From the NCBI GenBank assembly GCA_050273025.1, contig CP158636.1:8928001-8992000 (forward strand): a stretch of DNA of 64,000 nt, read 5' to 3'. Of this stretch, positions 1 through 12,345 are shown in pieces. The stretch's first letter is position 1. Every line of letters begins with the position of its first letter. The translations under genes and the position numbers were made by a program. A model generated the notes under the pieces. The model worked only from the letters and a program-made list of their open reading frames with translations, did no database searches and had not been told where the DNA came from. The stretch is from Cenococcum geophilum (taxonomy: Eukaryota).

Positions 1-761
1 AGAGTTGTCTCTGCGATGAGGAAAGTTTGGATAGCGTGTATAAGCTTTATTAGAAGTTAGAACACAGTCTCTATCACCAAATTATGCCCACTAGTGAACT
101 CACTCGAGACTGGCCAGCGAAATATGTGAAATAGTCGATAGAGTAGCAATCGGAATTCCAGGGACGAGGTTTACTCTTATACACTGAGCATTAGCACTCT
201 AACTTTAGGTAGAAGGCAATCGATGCAAAAAATTTTAAATTCTAAAATTAAACTTTTTAAATTTAAATTTTTAAAATAGAGTTAAGCAGCGCAGAGGACG
301 CATGAATCCATATGGGGAACTGAAGCTGCGGCGGTTTCCAGTTCAACAAGAGCCATCTCCCGTATGTAGGTGTCGACCTGAAAATGAGGTCATAAAAGAA
401 GGACTCGTGTATCGATTAATCTATGAAGAAAAAGGGACTATGTATATATAGTGGGGGTTACAGGCAACAGAGATAGGTACTAGGCAACTGGAACAGGTAA
501 CAGGCAACTGAGACAATCCGTCTCAGTTCGACAGTATGCATGGTGCGAATAAGTGAAGCGGTCCCGTAGACGAGGATCCTCTCTTGAACAGTTGCAGGTA
601 AGACTCTGCCGCTGATCACGCGGCTAATTAGAGTTCTAAGTTTAAAGGCAGCAAGTATCCTAGATAACCCCGCTTCTTTATAAGGCCGCAGAAAACACTG
701 TCCATTTTACACCGCTGCCCACAGCCCTCCCCACCCTTACATTCTATCATTTCTTCCAGCC

Positions 762-1673
762 ATGTCCGAACCAGCACTACAGCTTAAGAGTATTGATGAG
801 GACGATCTCTGCTTCCCTATCCTTAGAGAATTCCTCCAGCCTAACAGCTCACGGTCACCTGCGGAGGCCGCCTGCCTCATTAACGCCCTCAGTCCTACGC
901 ATGAGAAACCACATAACGGAGGCTCTATCGACGGTTTCTTGTGGGCAACATGGGAGACATTTATAGAAACGGCCAGCCAGATCCCGCATGATTATCCAGC
1001 ACTGCAGAAACTTGTGGAAATCATTCAGGAGCTTACGAAGCTGCCACCGGTAGCGATTAAGTTGCCATATTTACAGGTACGCTACTGGATATCATACACC
1101 TGACGAAGCGCTTTTATGTAGGCTAGCAATTAACGTTAGGAGGAATCGGCCCTTTGGACCGACGTTTTTGTGCTTAACTCAAGCATACGGGAGGCATGGG
1201 ACCGTAAGTAGCTGATATACGCTTCCTTATACTTTTGTCTTTTGCTTATCATCTTCCGTCTAGCACCTACCTTTGAGACCACCTCTAAGGACGTAAAGCA
1301 GGAATGGATCAGTCTAAATTCCTTTTCAGCGCGGCTTCTAAATGCCGGTCTGCTAGGAGGTACTAATATCCCCACGTGGGCGCTTCGGGACGCGTTAGAG
1401 GAAGATATATCATTTGAGCCCGCTCGGGATACTATTGTAGCGGCTGCTGCTGAATGGATTTTACATGCTCGTAATGCGCTTTTTACGCGTATCTCTAAAG
1501 AGCCTGCCAATCCTGCCACATTACAGGCCACAGCGCAAGGACCGCTATATAAGGGAAAGGCTGGTTTGCCGCTAGAGAGGTGGACGTTTTGGAAACGTCG
1601 GTTTTGCGAAATAAGCGATGATCTCGGAGAACCTGTTAAGCAGGCGGCGATCAAAGCAGCAGAGATTATGTAA
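762..1673 (+). CDS. DUF3632-like fungal protein, 3 exons (762-1076, 1140-1203, 1264-1673), ~262 aa
   Basis: GT..AG introns 1077-1139 and 1204-1263 join the two + ORFs in frame (789 nt). Motifs FLWATW..IPHD, LWTD..REAW, WISLNSFSARL, WALRDALE, AAAEWI and ERWTFWKRRF match my recollection of DUF3632. Confidence 0.8.
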
Positions 1674-2254
1674 CTGATTAATGCCAGCCATTCCATTTTT
1701 ATAAAATACTCTTCACTTACTTACTATACTTTCTAAATTTTAGAATAAGGAGATCGTAGCTATCTACTAAATACTTTATCCTTTATCCCGTTAAATCGCT
1801 TTTAATAATTATTAATAAGAACTTATTAATTAATTTAAGTTAAATTTAACACTTATATTAATAAATATAAAGCCTTTAATAGAGGTTAATATTTTGATAT
1901 TTTAATATATAAGCCTGACCTTTAAAGTTAAGTCGTTTAATATAACTGTAAGGGATATTATCACGGCGGGGTACAGCTGAGTGTGGTCCGGAAAAAGTTG
2001 AACGCGGTCGATGGGGTCGACGAAAACCAAGCGTGGTCACCAATGGAGCCGCCGGAAAAAGGTCAGTGGTACCCAACTTTTACCTAAAATAGTAGAGCTA
2101 CTGCTTCGCAGAGCATACCCCTTTGCCAATACCTTCTCTATAAATTACGGAATCTTATCATAGACTAGTCTACCATTAGTAGACCAAAAGCACCTTCCCA
2201 TTCTAGTAGAGAACTCATCTTCCAGCAGCGAGCTCTAGAGAGATATTAGGTTCC

Positions 2255-4797
2255 TTATCTATAAGCTTACTTTTTTATCCGCTAAGCTTACTTCCCTTTT
2301 CCTTAATTATTTAATTAATTTTATATAAGCTTATTATAAAGGTAATAGTATTAGGCTAAACTAAGTTTTAGTAAAATCCTACGGCACTAATATAGCAGAT
2401 ATTAACTAGTAGGAGGTCCGCTAGTTTCCTTATAGTTATTTTCTAAACCATATTTTACGGTCTAGGGTTTATAACCTTTTTTAGCTTCTATTCCATCTTT
2501 TATAGGTTATCCCTCTAATTTATTAGTTTAGTATAATGTCTAATATCCCTTACTATTCTTTATAGCTATATAGGGCCTAAGCTCTCTATAGGGGGCTTTT
2601 TTAAATCACTACTAACTTTCTAGGTCTTTAATGCGGGTGGTATAACATAGGTAGTTTAGGGGCGATATAGTACACAGATCTATTGCGAATTAAGCTATAT
2701 ATCTTTCTTAAAGGCCTAGTCCCTATATATAGCATCAGCCTAGTAAATAGTCTTAATCTAGGGCTATATAAGGTTTTCTATTATAATGCTAATTTCTTTT
2801 ATAAAAAAAGGGGTTAGGGGTAGGGTTTTGGGCTAGATAAGCTGTCTACTCTATATATGGAGCTATAAGCCTAAATAGGCTAGCTATTTTCGCCTTAAGA
2901 TTATATTATAGCTACCTAGGTCCATAATAAGGAAGGGGATATTATATTACCTTTATTTATTAACATAGAGGTAAATCTATAAGATAGTTATAATAGGTCG
3001 CTCTATCCGCCCATTATACCTATAGATAGGAATTAATTTAGGCAGTTCTTTAATAGGCGCATTTAAAAAGTTAGCCAGCTTTATAGTATACTAGGTATCT
3101 ATTAAGGTAAAGGTATTTACTCTAGAGTTAGCTAAAGTAGAGGTTAAAACTTAGTATCTATTACAGAATAAAGTATAAGGAATAGTATAGCTTCTTTTAC
3201 TAACTAGCAAATCTAGATTAACATCTAATATATTAATCCCTTTTAACCCTAGAGAGGAGTCTTTTTTTAGGGTTCCTCTTTTTCTAACTCTATGCTATTC
3301 TCCTAGATTAATAAAATCTTATCTGCTTTTATATTTATTAGGTAATCCTTTATATAGTAGCCTTTTTAACTATAAAAAAAGTAAGCTCCTTAATTACTAA
3401 GGGCCTATATATAGGGGTTGCTATATATAGGCTAAGCATTCGCTAGACTTATAGTAAGACTAGCCGTATAGCTAGCTGCTAAATTAGCGGCGGGCTATAT
3501 GGGTGGTATTATAGGGGTTACTAATTGTGCTAGGGTATTGCTGGCCGTTCTTATATTACTTATAGTCTAATTTAAAGAGTTTCTAGCTTTATACTATTTA
3601 GCATATACCTTAATTCGGCGGAGGCCTTAGTTAATAGCTGAGCACTAGTCTATAAGTTCCTTTAGCGTCTATATAGTAGTAAAAACTAGTAGTATAGCTC
3701 GCTGCAGGTCTAGGGTAAGCTTATTAAATAGGTCTAGTATTAGATCTTCCTAGGGAATTTAAGCTAAGAAGGTCTCTGTCGTTTTTATATTTAGGCTTTT
3801 ATAATTAAGTCGGGCGTTTTATACTTTAAAGGGGTCCTTATAAATAGAAGATAGGTAAACAATTATCTCTTTTTTAGAGAGGAAGGGATCTGCTAAGTCC
3901 TATACGTATTACGGACGTAGGTGCGTCTATACGTCCCTACCGGTACGGCTAAGGACGTAGGCCATTTTAGCCTAAGTGGCAGGGAAGTGGTCCGTATTAA
4001 CTTTAAGCTTATTTTATAATTAAAGCTTCTAATTATTAAATATAGGGTTAGTTTCGTCTATAAGTAATAGGGGGTCCGCGACCTTTATAGACCGCGATAA
4101 TACTAATACTATACGTTAGGCTAAAGCCTTAAGGACTATAGTAAGTCTCTAGGTATTTAATAACTCTTTACTAAATATAAGGGGTTCTCTAGCTTTAAGC
4201 AGCTTTTAAAGTTATTTAATTTTAGTATTATCTATTATAAGCTCCACCTAGAAGTTTAAGTTAGTTACTATTTTACTATCGGAGGTATTTAAGGGTCCTA
4301 CGGCTGCTTTACCGGCCGCTGTGGTTCTTGGTATAGTAATATAGTTATTAAGGTAACTTTTAGTAGAATTCTATAGGGGTTTTAGTCTATGCGTATTCTG
4401 TAGGTCTTATTATTCTTTTCTATTCTTCTAGTTCTGTTTTATTCTTCGAGTTCTAGTAATAGTCTTTAGGTTTATTTCTATATTCTATTCTTATTTATAG
4501 TCTATAAATATTTTTAAGTTCCTTCTTAGGAAGAGTAGACAAGCTTTAAATAATATTAGCAACTTAGTTAATTAAGGCACAAGTATAGTAAAAGGGTCGC
4601 GCAAGCCTATATAATTGGATTGTCTATAAACAAGGATTTAAAGCTAGAGAAAGGAAAGGAGATGGAGGGTAGCGCCGCTTAACGTTATATATAATCCTCT
4701 AATTACATAATAGTAATTATCTAAAACTGTATAGAACTATCTACGACTATCTACTACTGTTTGCTATAATTTACTAGTTTCCATTAGCGCTATAATA
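2255..4797 (-). mobile_element. Gypsy A: truncated RIP-degraded LTR retrotransposon (5' LTR, gag, protease)
   Basis: 2255-4290 is colinear with 18864-20925 and 4281-4550 with 35586-35810/58661-58709 of A'. LTR related to the A' LTRs. RT, integrase and 3' LTR are missing. Confidence 0.85.
4554..4797 (-). repeat. 5' LTR of Gypsy A (244 bp)
   Basis: RIP-altered TG..CA ends (tattagc...ataata); first ~130 bp homologous to 15463-15689 and 58710-58936. Confidence 0.85.
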
Positions 4798-5072
4798 AAG
4801 GGAGCACCTACTTCTCTATAAAGGCTTTAAATATTATAAAGGTAATAAAGCCTTATAGAATAAAGTAGCTTAGATATCCGTCTACTATTAGCGCTGGTAA
4901 AATACTCCACTTCTCTAACCTTTTAAGTGGGCGTATAACTCTATAACCAGATTTAATTAGTGCCTAACTATATTTTATATTACCTGTTCTCTAGTTTAAA
5001 GTAGACTTATTAAAGAAGATAAGCTAATCTACTACCTAGCTCTTTTATATACTAATCTATATATTATATAGA
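4798..5072 (-). pseudogene. Tc1/IS630-like transposase relic, catalytic-domain part
   Basis: Minus frame reverts to LIFLDES..RKYGWAP..EKWSILPALTVDGY..F..FIEEQVLP; continues in frame from 61232 once element B and one TSD copy are removed. Confidence 0.75.
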
Positions 5073-5439
5073 TGTAACGGAATCCCCCAGAAGGTACATA
5101 TTAGATAAGACAGTAAGAGGTTTTATCTATGTCCTATCCATATTCTATTTATATTTTAGATAACACAGTTAGATAAATAAGGGGCGAAGGGTTTTACTAG
5201 TGTCTTAAAAGGATTATATAGGGAAGCTGGTTCTCCTCTAAAGAAGAACTAGTAATTAGTCTCTAAATAAAAAAAGTTAGAAAGCATTTATCCTTTATTA
5301 CGTAAAGATTGTTCTACCTTAACTTATCTTCTACTTACCTATAACTCTTATTCTATACTATTAATTAGGTAATTATACATTCCGGTTAAACTAGCCTCTT
5401 ATAATTTTAATTACTTATAATCCTTTACGGAAAGAATAT

Positions 5440-7450
5440 ACGTTTATTAATTAATAATAATGGGCTATACTTCCTTACCCCTAAAATAACGCCCCTACTA
5501 TAAGAGGCTTAGAGAGTCTCCCTAAAGGAGTATATTCCCTCTTCCTATAAAGAAGCCACGGCTAGTCTATTTAACCTTACGAGACCCTTAGAAATAATTA
5601 CCGCTAAAAAGTCATTAGAGCGGTCGCTATATAAGACCCTATAAAAAAATAAAGGAGTTAAAGATATAATTAAGATAAGTATATTAAGACTACTAAAAAT
5701 AATTGCAAGGATAATTAGGGGAAGTATAAATACCTTAAACACGAAGCGGACTTAAAAGGGCAATGCTATACTATACTGTAATATTAGAAAAACCCAAATT
5801 CCGTATAAAGGAATCTAGTAAGTATAATAGTCATAGTCTCTAGAACTGTAATTGTTTTATCTATTAATGCGAAACTAAGTTTTAGCTAGATTTAAAACGT
5901 TACTCTAATAAGTATAATTAGACACTAATTACTTCTACCTTCCTACGTGGCACTGTTAAGAGTTTATAGACACGCTATAAGAAGAAACTTACTATACCCC
6001 TTAAATTTAGCAAACTTAAGTCCTAGTTAGTTAATTAGGTCTAAGACCCTACTAATTAAGGGATAGATTATAACTAGTAATACTATAACGCTAAATAGTA
6101 AGAAGGCTAGAGTGTAGTCTAGTTTATAAACTACTTAGAATAACTAGAAGATAATATACCCTACTTAAACCTATAGGATAACACTATATAACTTTACCAG
6201 CTACTTACTAAGTTATAACTTAAGATTTAATAGGCTATATAGGAAAAGGGCGAAATTCCTACCTCTTAAGAAAAGCTTATCTCTAAAGTTACTTAGATTA
6301 AAAATATTAAAAAAGACTATTTAGGTAAGCGAAAGGAATAAGACGCTAATAATAAAGAGCGTAGGACTAAACTTAGATTTAATAATAGGGGTAGATTCCA
6401 ACCTAACCACTTTACGAAAGAATAACGTAGGTAGGCTTTAAAGCCCTAAAGCAACGCTAGTTAGCCCTAAAATAATAATAGGCAAAAACTTAATCTAAAT
6501 AAGTAAAACCAAGAGTTATGTATTTGTTATAACTATGGTAAAAATGGCTATATAAAGCGCTTATACTAATAAAAGAAATAAGAGTTAAATTAATTGGGAA
6601 AAAAGAGAGCCTAGTAGATCTTTACTCCCTTATACTAGGCTAATAAGAGAAGAAGGGAGTAAGCTACTATATAGTTATTCCTGTCTCTATTTAAGTTAAT
6701 AATAAATAGGTAATATAAGACTGCCTTATAGACAGCAGCGCGACTATAGGGTTTATTTCTTAATTACTAGTAAAAGAATTAGATTTAGACCTTAGCGGTT
6801 TATAAGTGCGCACTATTTAAAGTATTAGAGGCTACTAGATTCTATATTATAGGGAATAGGCTTTTTTTATAGCTAGCTAGGATCGCGATAGTCTATAGAA
6901 TATATAGGAGATACGCTTCTATACCGCAGAAATTAAGGGGTATAACTTTATTTTAGGATACCTATAGCTTTACTAAGTTAATCTAGACATTAATTAGCTT
7001 TTAGCCTTATATTAACATTAGGAGTTTTAACTATATATTATAGTTAAAGATTAAAAGACTTTCTTAAACTATATATAAGAAGAAGGGTAGGCATATATTA
7101 TATATACTACTCTTAATACTAAGAACGGGGACACATAATATTTATTTTTAAATATTTAGCTATATACAGTTAAGGAGCTAAAGATTCTATAAGAATATAT
7201 AAACTTAAAGGATGTTTCTAATAAAGAGGCTATATAAACCTTACTTAACCCTATATTAGTTAAGTATAAGATAAATATAGGGGATAAACAACCTCCTTTT
7301 AAACTACTATATAACCTATTGGAAAATTATAACATAGCCCGCCTCCACGTCGCCATACGGCCAAAAAGACTAAGAGTGCTTACGAACTTGTCGCAAGCGC
7401 GGCGGGACCTAATATATATACTCTTACAAAAATAAGCTGGCGGTATTATA
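5440..7450 (+). pseudogene. Gypsy B gag (CCHC knuckle ~6525-6570), protease (~6725) and start of RT
   Basis: Reverted CYNCGKNGHIKRLC, ALIDSGAT and PLYNLSEN/ELAVL; many RIP-type stop codons. Start coordinate approximate. Confidence 0.8.
7328..7428. mobile_element. 101-bp solo LTR-like insertion
   Basis: tataac...cttaca termini with exact TSD AAAAT (7323-7327, 7429-7433); removal restores the B reading frame. Confidence 0.8.
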
Positions 7451-7761
7451 TACTAGCGTCTATATATTACTTGGCAGCATCTACCTCAACAACGCACAAT
7501 GCTGAGACCTCCCGCAATATTCGCGAATATCAAACGCAGTCACTACGTGGCTAATTCGCTTTTAATATTACTAAACTTATTAATATTCATTATACATTTA
7601 TCATCCATTCGTTTAAGAATTATTTTATAACGCTATTACTGCTTATAACCAACTAGAAGACTTATACGTGTATATAATCCCAACAAGCAAACCCACCTAA
7701 ATAACCTACCTTAACTACACCATCGTCTACAACCGCTACATCCTCCTTTACTAGTTCTATA

Positions 7762-8653
7762 ATGCCATCTAAGGCTAATATACGCACCGCTGCCGTAGAA
7801 GAGCGCGAAATTGCTAAAGAGTAAAGGGAATAAGCCTAAGATAAAAGGGAGATTTAGAAGTATAAGGAAGAGCGCAAAGCCTACTTAGCGGAGGAGGCTT
7901 ACTAGCATAAATACCACCTAGCTTAAATAGCTTAATTATAGTTAGGCTTGGCCGCTTTAGCCTTATAGGCCACCACAACAGCTGCTATAGCTAATGTCCT
8001 TAGTGAGCCTCTCCCTCCTAGCATAAAGTCGCTTGAACTCCGCCTTCCTAGTGTTATAAAAAGGGATTACCTAGACATTTTTAAGGGTACCTTTAATCTA
8101 GTAAACCTCGCCTATCTTTAAGTCTATACTGCTTAAATTAAGATCGCCAATAAGACACGGATTAAGAATAGTACTCTAGTTATAAGGAAGGCAAAGGTAG
8201 ACAGGAAGCTATTTATAGATAAAGGCGTCTAGTTTAAAGGTTTTACTAACTATGTAGTTATTACTAGCACCCTCTATATATACCCGCTGGACCTTATTGC
8301 TAGCATACTTCTCTAAATAAATATAATTCGTACCTTATTAACCTAGTATATCTAGGTAGATTATATACTTAACTTAGCACTTAACTATTATACCTTTATA
8401 ATAACCAATGGCTAACTAAAGCCCGCTAATTAGCAAATACTAGCCTAGTATACAGCGCCATACCTTATAATGTCTAGTGCTATCGGCTTTGCCGCCTTAA
8501 AGAGACCTAGGTTAGATACCTCCTATACCTCTAATACCTACCGCAGGTTTAATAGCAAAGGCTATAATAATATAGCTTACAAATACCCGCATAAGTGCTT
8601 AAAGTGTAGTAAAGATCACACTGTATTATCTAAAGCTTGCGCCTAGAAATAGT
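7762..8653 (+). pseudogene. Ngaro ORF1 (gag-like) with C-terminal Cys/His finger
   Basis: ATG 7762, coiled-coil-like N-terminus, reverted CRRFNSKGC..C.YPHKCLKCGKDH near 8540-8640. Confidence 0.65.
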
Positions 8654-8699
8654 AAGGCGAACCTTACAAAGTAAGGTCTAGCCTAATAATAACACTAAC

Positions 8700-10380
8700 T
8701 TTAATTATACGCCTAGGACCTAGGCTTAATACGTCACTATTATTCTCTACCTTTATAAAGGCGAAGGCTCTCCACTACTCTCTATTACCCCTAAGGATCT
8801 TAGTATAGCACTCCCTTCTATTTAACTACCTAGGCAATCTACTAGCCACCTTAGTAGGCATCTTAACCTATAGCTGCAAGATAGGAGCTAAGTCTATCCC
8901 TACCCTAAGATCTTATAGGAACCATAACTCCTCTTAGAATAACGCCAACCTTATCTCTAAGAAGATAATATCAGACCTTAAAAAAGGATATATTAGAATC
9001 GCGACAGGGCCTATTATAGTTTTACCTCTTAGCCTAGTGCTAAAATCGGATGGAGAATACCGCCGAATTTACAATCTCTCCTTTTTACTAGTATCTTTAG
9101 TTAATGACGCAATCCCAGAAGAATATAAAGCACTAGTATACACTATAGTTACCGCTATTTAAGCCCACGTTATTTCTATAGGTTGTAGATATCTACTACT
9201 TAAAAGAGATATTAAAGACGCGTTTTATATAGTCCCCCTATCTTATAGGGCAAGAACATTAATAGGCTTCTCCTAAGAAGGTATTACCTACTAGAAATAC
9301 TACCTATCCTTCGGTCTTTAAACTGCGCTGCTTATATTTAACCTCTTCGCGAAAGGCCTATACTAAATACTCTATTTATAACTACCTTATAAGGTAGAAC
9401 ACTACCTAAATAACTTTATTTTTATCCTTACTAACCCAAACAACTTAGCGGCTGTCACCTAAACTTATATCTCTATCACTAACTCCCTAGGTATCCCTTA
9501 AAATAGCTCTAAAGACATAGCAGGAACTATTATTAAAGTTCTAGGATATACTATTAACACTATATAAATATAAACGCGATTATTACTACAGAAATAATTA
9601 CGTGCTATTAAGAAAGTCACTACCGCACTCTAATACGGCTTATTATCGTTCCTTTAAGCCTAGCAGCTTGCGGGCTACCTTATATAGTGCGCCCATATAA
9701 TTAAACTTAGTTAATCTTACTTTAGATCCCTTTAGATCTTTATTACTACTTAGCCGAAGACTCTAGCAAATAAGTATAAACCTAGGCAATTTAGCACTAA
9801 GTTGCGAAGTGACTTATATATCTAGCTTAACCTACTTACTACGAGTAATAGGGTATTGTTCTTTAACGACGTTAAGCATACCTGTATTTATCTCTTTATT
9901 AATACCTCTACCTAGTTTAGGTTTGGCGGCTTTTACTTTTTTAAGGAACTTAAACATGAGGATAACTAGTAGTAGTATATAGCTAACCTCCCTTAATCTT
10001 AGGCGTTTAGCACATTACCTAAGCCCAGTTAATAAGTAGACTATATTAATCCGAAAGAGATATATGCTATTACTTACGCATTTAATCTATAGTCTACTAA
10101 CTAGCAGTATAGCGCGCTATCTATTTACACTAATAGTATAGTGGTTTACTAGGGCATTAAGAAAACCGTTATCCGTGGCGTAGCAAATAAATCGCTCTGT
10201 AAGATTATACTGGCTGCTATAGCTTACGATATTACAATATCCGCGAAGTAGATCTTAGGTAATTTAAATAGCTTAGCTAATACACTATCTTAATTCTAGG
10301 CCGCGGCTATCTATTAATTCTGCCCATATTAGGCCCTTAATTTATTACTACTAAAGCTAATAAGTTTTTAATAGGTGCTG
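8700..10380 (+). pseudogene. Ngaro RT-RNase H
   Basis: PLGLVPKSDGEYRRI, KRDIKDAF, LSFGL.TAP.IFN, HYLDDF (9400-9417, now HYLNNF), FTDAS, HINPKE. Ends approximate. Confidence 0.85.
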
Positions 10381-10399
10381 TAAACCCAACGGACTACTT

Positions 10400-11411
10400 A
10401 TAACCGCCTATAAACTTTAAAGATAATATTAACGCGCCATCTAACCTCTACGCGCTCCTTCTCTGGAACGGCCTTACGCTAGTAACCTATAGGAACTATT
10501 CCCTAGTAGTTAATAGCTAGGAGTTATACTACGCACTTAAAGGAGTCTCCCCCTACCTAGCTAAGCCGCGTGAACTAGGTGAATGGATTACCCGCTATAT
10601 ATTTAGTACCTTCTAGCTATAGATAGGTAGGCTTAAGGCCGAAACCTTACGAGCCTACGTCTCCGCAATTCGCTCGCGCTACGTAGATTACGGTATCTTA
10701 ATTATAGCATTTAAGGATCCTATAGTACACCGATTACTTACTAGAGCAGCCGCTATCTCTCCCTTAGTAAAAAAGGACAAGTAACCCATTACTAGGGACA
10801 TTCTAGCCCAGGTAATGATATACGGCCCATTGCTACTAGATGTTAACACTAATGCCGTATTCACCCTCGCATTTGCTAGATTTCTATAGATAGGCGAGAT
10901 TATATATACTATGGCGGAGCTTAAGAACCAAACAATCTTCCTAGCGAAAAAGGCCACTTAATACGATATCACCTTTACGCCTAGTGAGATAATATTCCGC
11001 CTTAAATAGAGTAAAGACGATAAGCAACACTAGGGCGTTAACGTCGCCATTACGGCGGTAGGCGGCCTATTATACCCAGTCGCTGCTATAATAAAGCTGT
11101 TTAATAGGGACCCTTAACCCCTTAACTCTCCCTTATTTAGTCTTAATAGTAAACCCTTTACCTTTCTAGGGGTTCGTAAGATCCTTTCCTCCTATCTAGT
11201 AGCTGCTAGGATTAACCTAAGTAGTTACTTAAACCACTCCTTCCGCTAGGGCGCTGCCCAGTTCGCTAAAGATTTAGGGTGTTTATATTAGCAAATTCAG
11301 CAGCTAGGTCAGTGGTTATTAAAAGCCTTTTGCCTATATATTAGGATTAAGACTACTAACCTCTGTCGCCTTAACTCTTACTTTTAGTATAGTATACCGC
11401 TCTTAGCGTAA
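10400..11411 (+). pseudogene. Ngaro tyrosine recombinase
   Basis: LAFA.FLR.GE, FRLK.SKDD, CPVAA, HSFR.GAA (~11235), IQQLG.W.S.AF.LY. Ends approximate. Confidence 0.85.
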
Positions 11412-11534
11412 GGATTACTATGTAGTAGGTTAAGATATTAAGAGGGCCGCTAAGGCGCTAGTAGTAAGTAAGCTAATAGCAATTTTCTATGCCGGGCATA
11501 GAAAATCCTAATTAGTTAGCTTATAACTTAGGGT

Positions 11535-11735
11535 TAGCAGAATATAGCAGAATACGATAATATAGCAGAACTTAGCAGAATGCGATAATATAGCAGAACT
11601 TGGCAGAATGCGATAATATGGCAGAATTTGGCAGAATATAATAATGTGGCAGAATTTGGTAGAATATGATAATGTGGCAGAATTTGGCAGAATGCGACAA
11701 GGTGGTAGAATTTGGCAGAATATAGCAGAATGCGG
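11535..11735 (+). repeat. ~28-bp minisatellite GGCAGAATTTGGCAGAATGCGATAATAT, about 7 units
   Basis: Directly visible tandem units; a related shorter array lies at ~41658-41748. Confidence 0.9.
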
Positions 11736-12345
11736 TAATGTCTTATTAGGCGTAGGAGCTTCGCTTAGGGATATCTGGCCGCTTTAGGGCAAATCCTTAG
11801 TAGATTTAAGTGCTAGGAACTAGTAAAACTGCTAAGAACTAGCCCTAGAGCGACCTTATAGCCCTGCGCCTCCCAATTATATAAAAATTAAAATATCCCC
11901 TTACGTGACTGCGATAGATAGATACTAGCGTCTATATATTGCTTAGTAGCATCTACCTCAGCAACGCATAATGCTGAGACCTCCCGTAATATTCGCGAAT
12001 ATTAAACGCAGTCACTACGTGGCTAATTTGCTTTCCCTACCCGCCATCCCTTGCACTTAGTATGCATTATATATAGATAGCGCTTTAAGGTAATTCTTTA
12101 GTAGGTGCTAGGAACTAGTAAAACCACTAAGAGCTAGCCTTAATGCGACTACTATAGTTAGATAGTCTTATAGCTATAGGCTTGCGGTTAGGGATATCTG
12201 GCCGCTTTAGGGCAAATCCTTAGCAGATTTAAGTGCTAGGAACTAGCAAAACTGCTAAGAACTAGCCCTAGAGCGACCTTATAGCCCTGCGCCTCCCAAT
12301 TATACAAAAATTAAAATATCCCCTTACGTGACTGCGATAGATAGA

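Larger units (their letters stand above)
7451..12345 (+). mobile_element. Ngaro/PAT-type (DIRS order) tyrosine-recombinase retrotransposon with split direct repeats
   Basis: A1 7451-7562 = A2 11923-12034; B1 ~11766-11922 = B2 ~12188-12345 (A1-ORFs-B1-A2-B2). No TSD; removal restores the Gypsy B RT frame. Confidence 0.9.

Noticed and set aside
227..280. AT-only quasi-palindrome upstream of the gene
   Set aside because: Low complexity; symmetry expected by chance.
1136..1696. 186-aa minus-strand ORF
   Set aside because: Antisense shadow of the spliced + strand gene; no recognisable motifs.
1961..2254. GC-richer patch with an imperfect inverted repeat (AAAAGTTG/CAACTTTT), possible transposon end
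   Set aside because: No matching TIR found near 61660-62027 and no convincing translation; left unassigned.
11535..11735. CRISPR-like array
   Set aside because: Tandem units without unique spacers, no cas genes, eukaryotic TE context.
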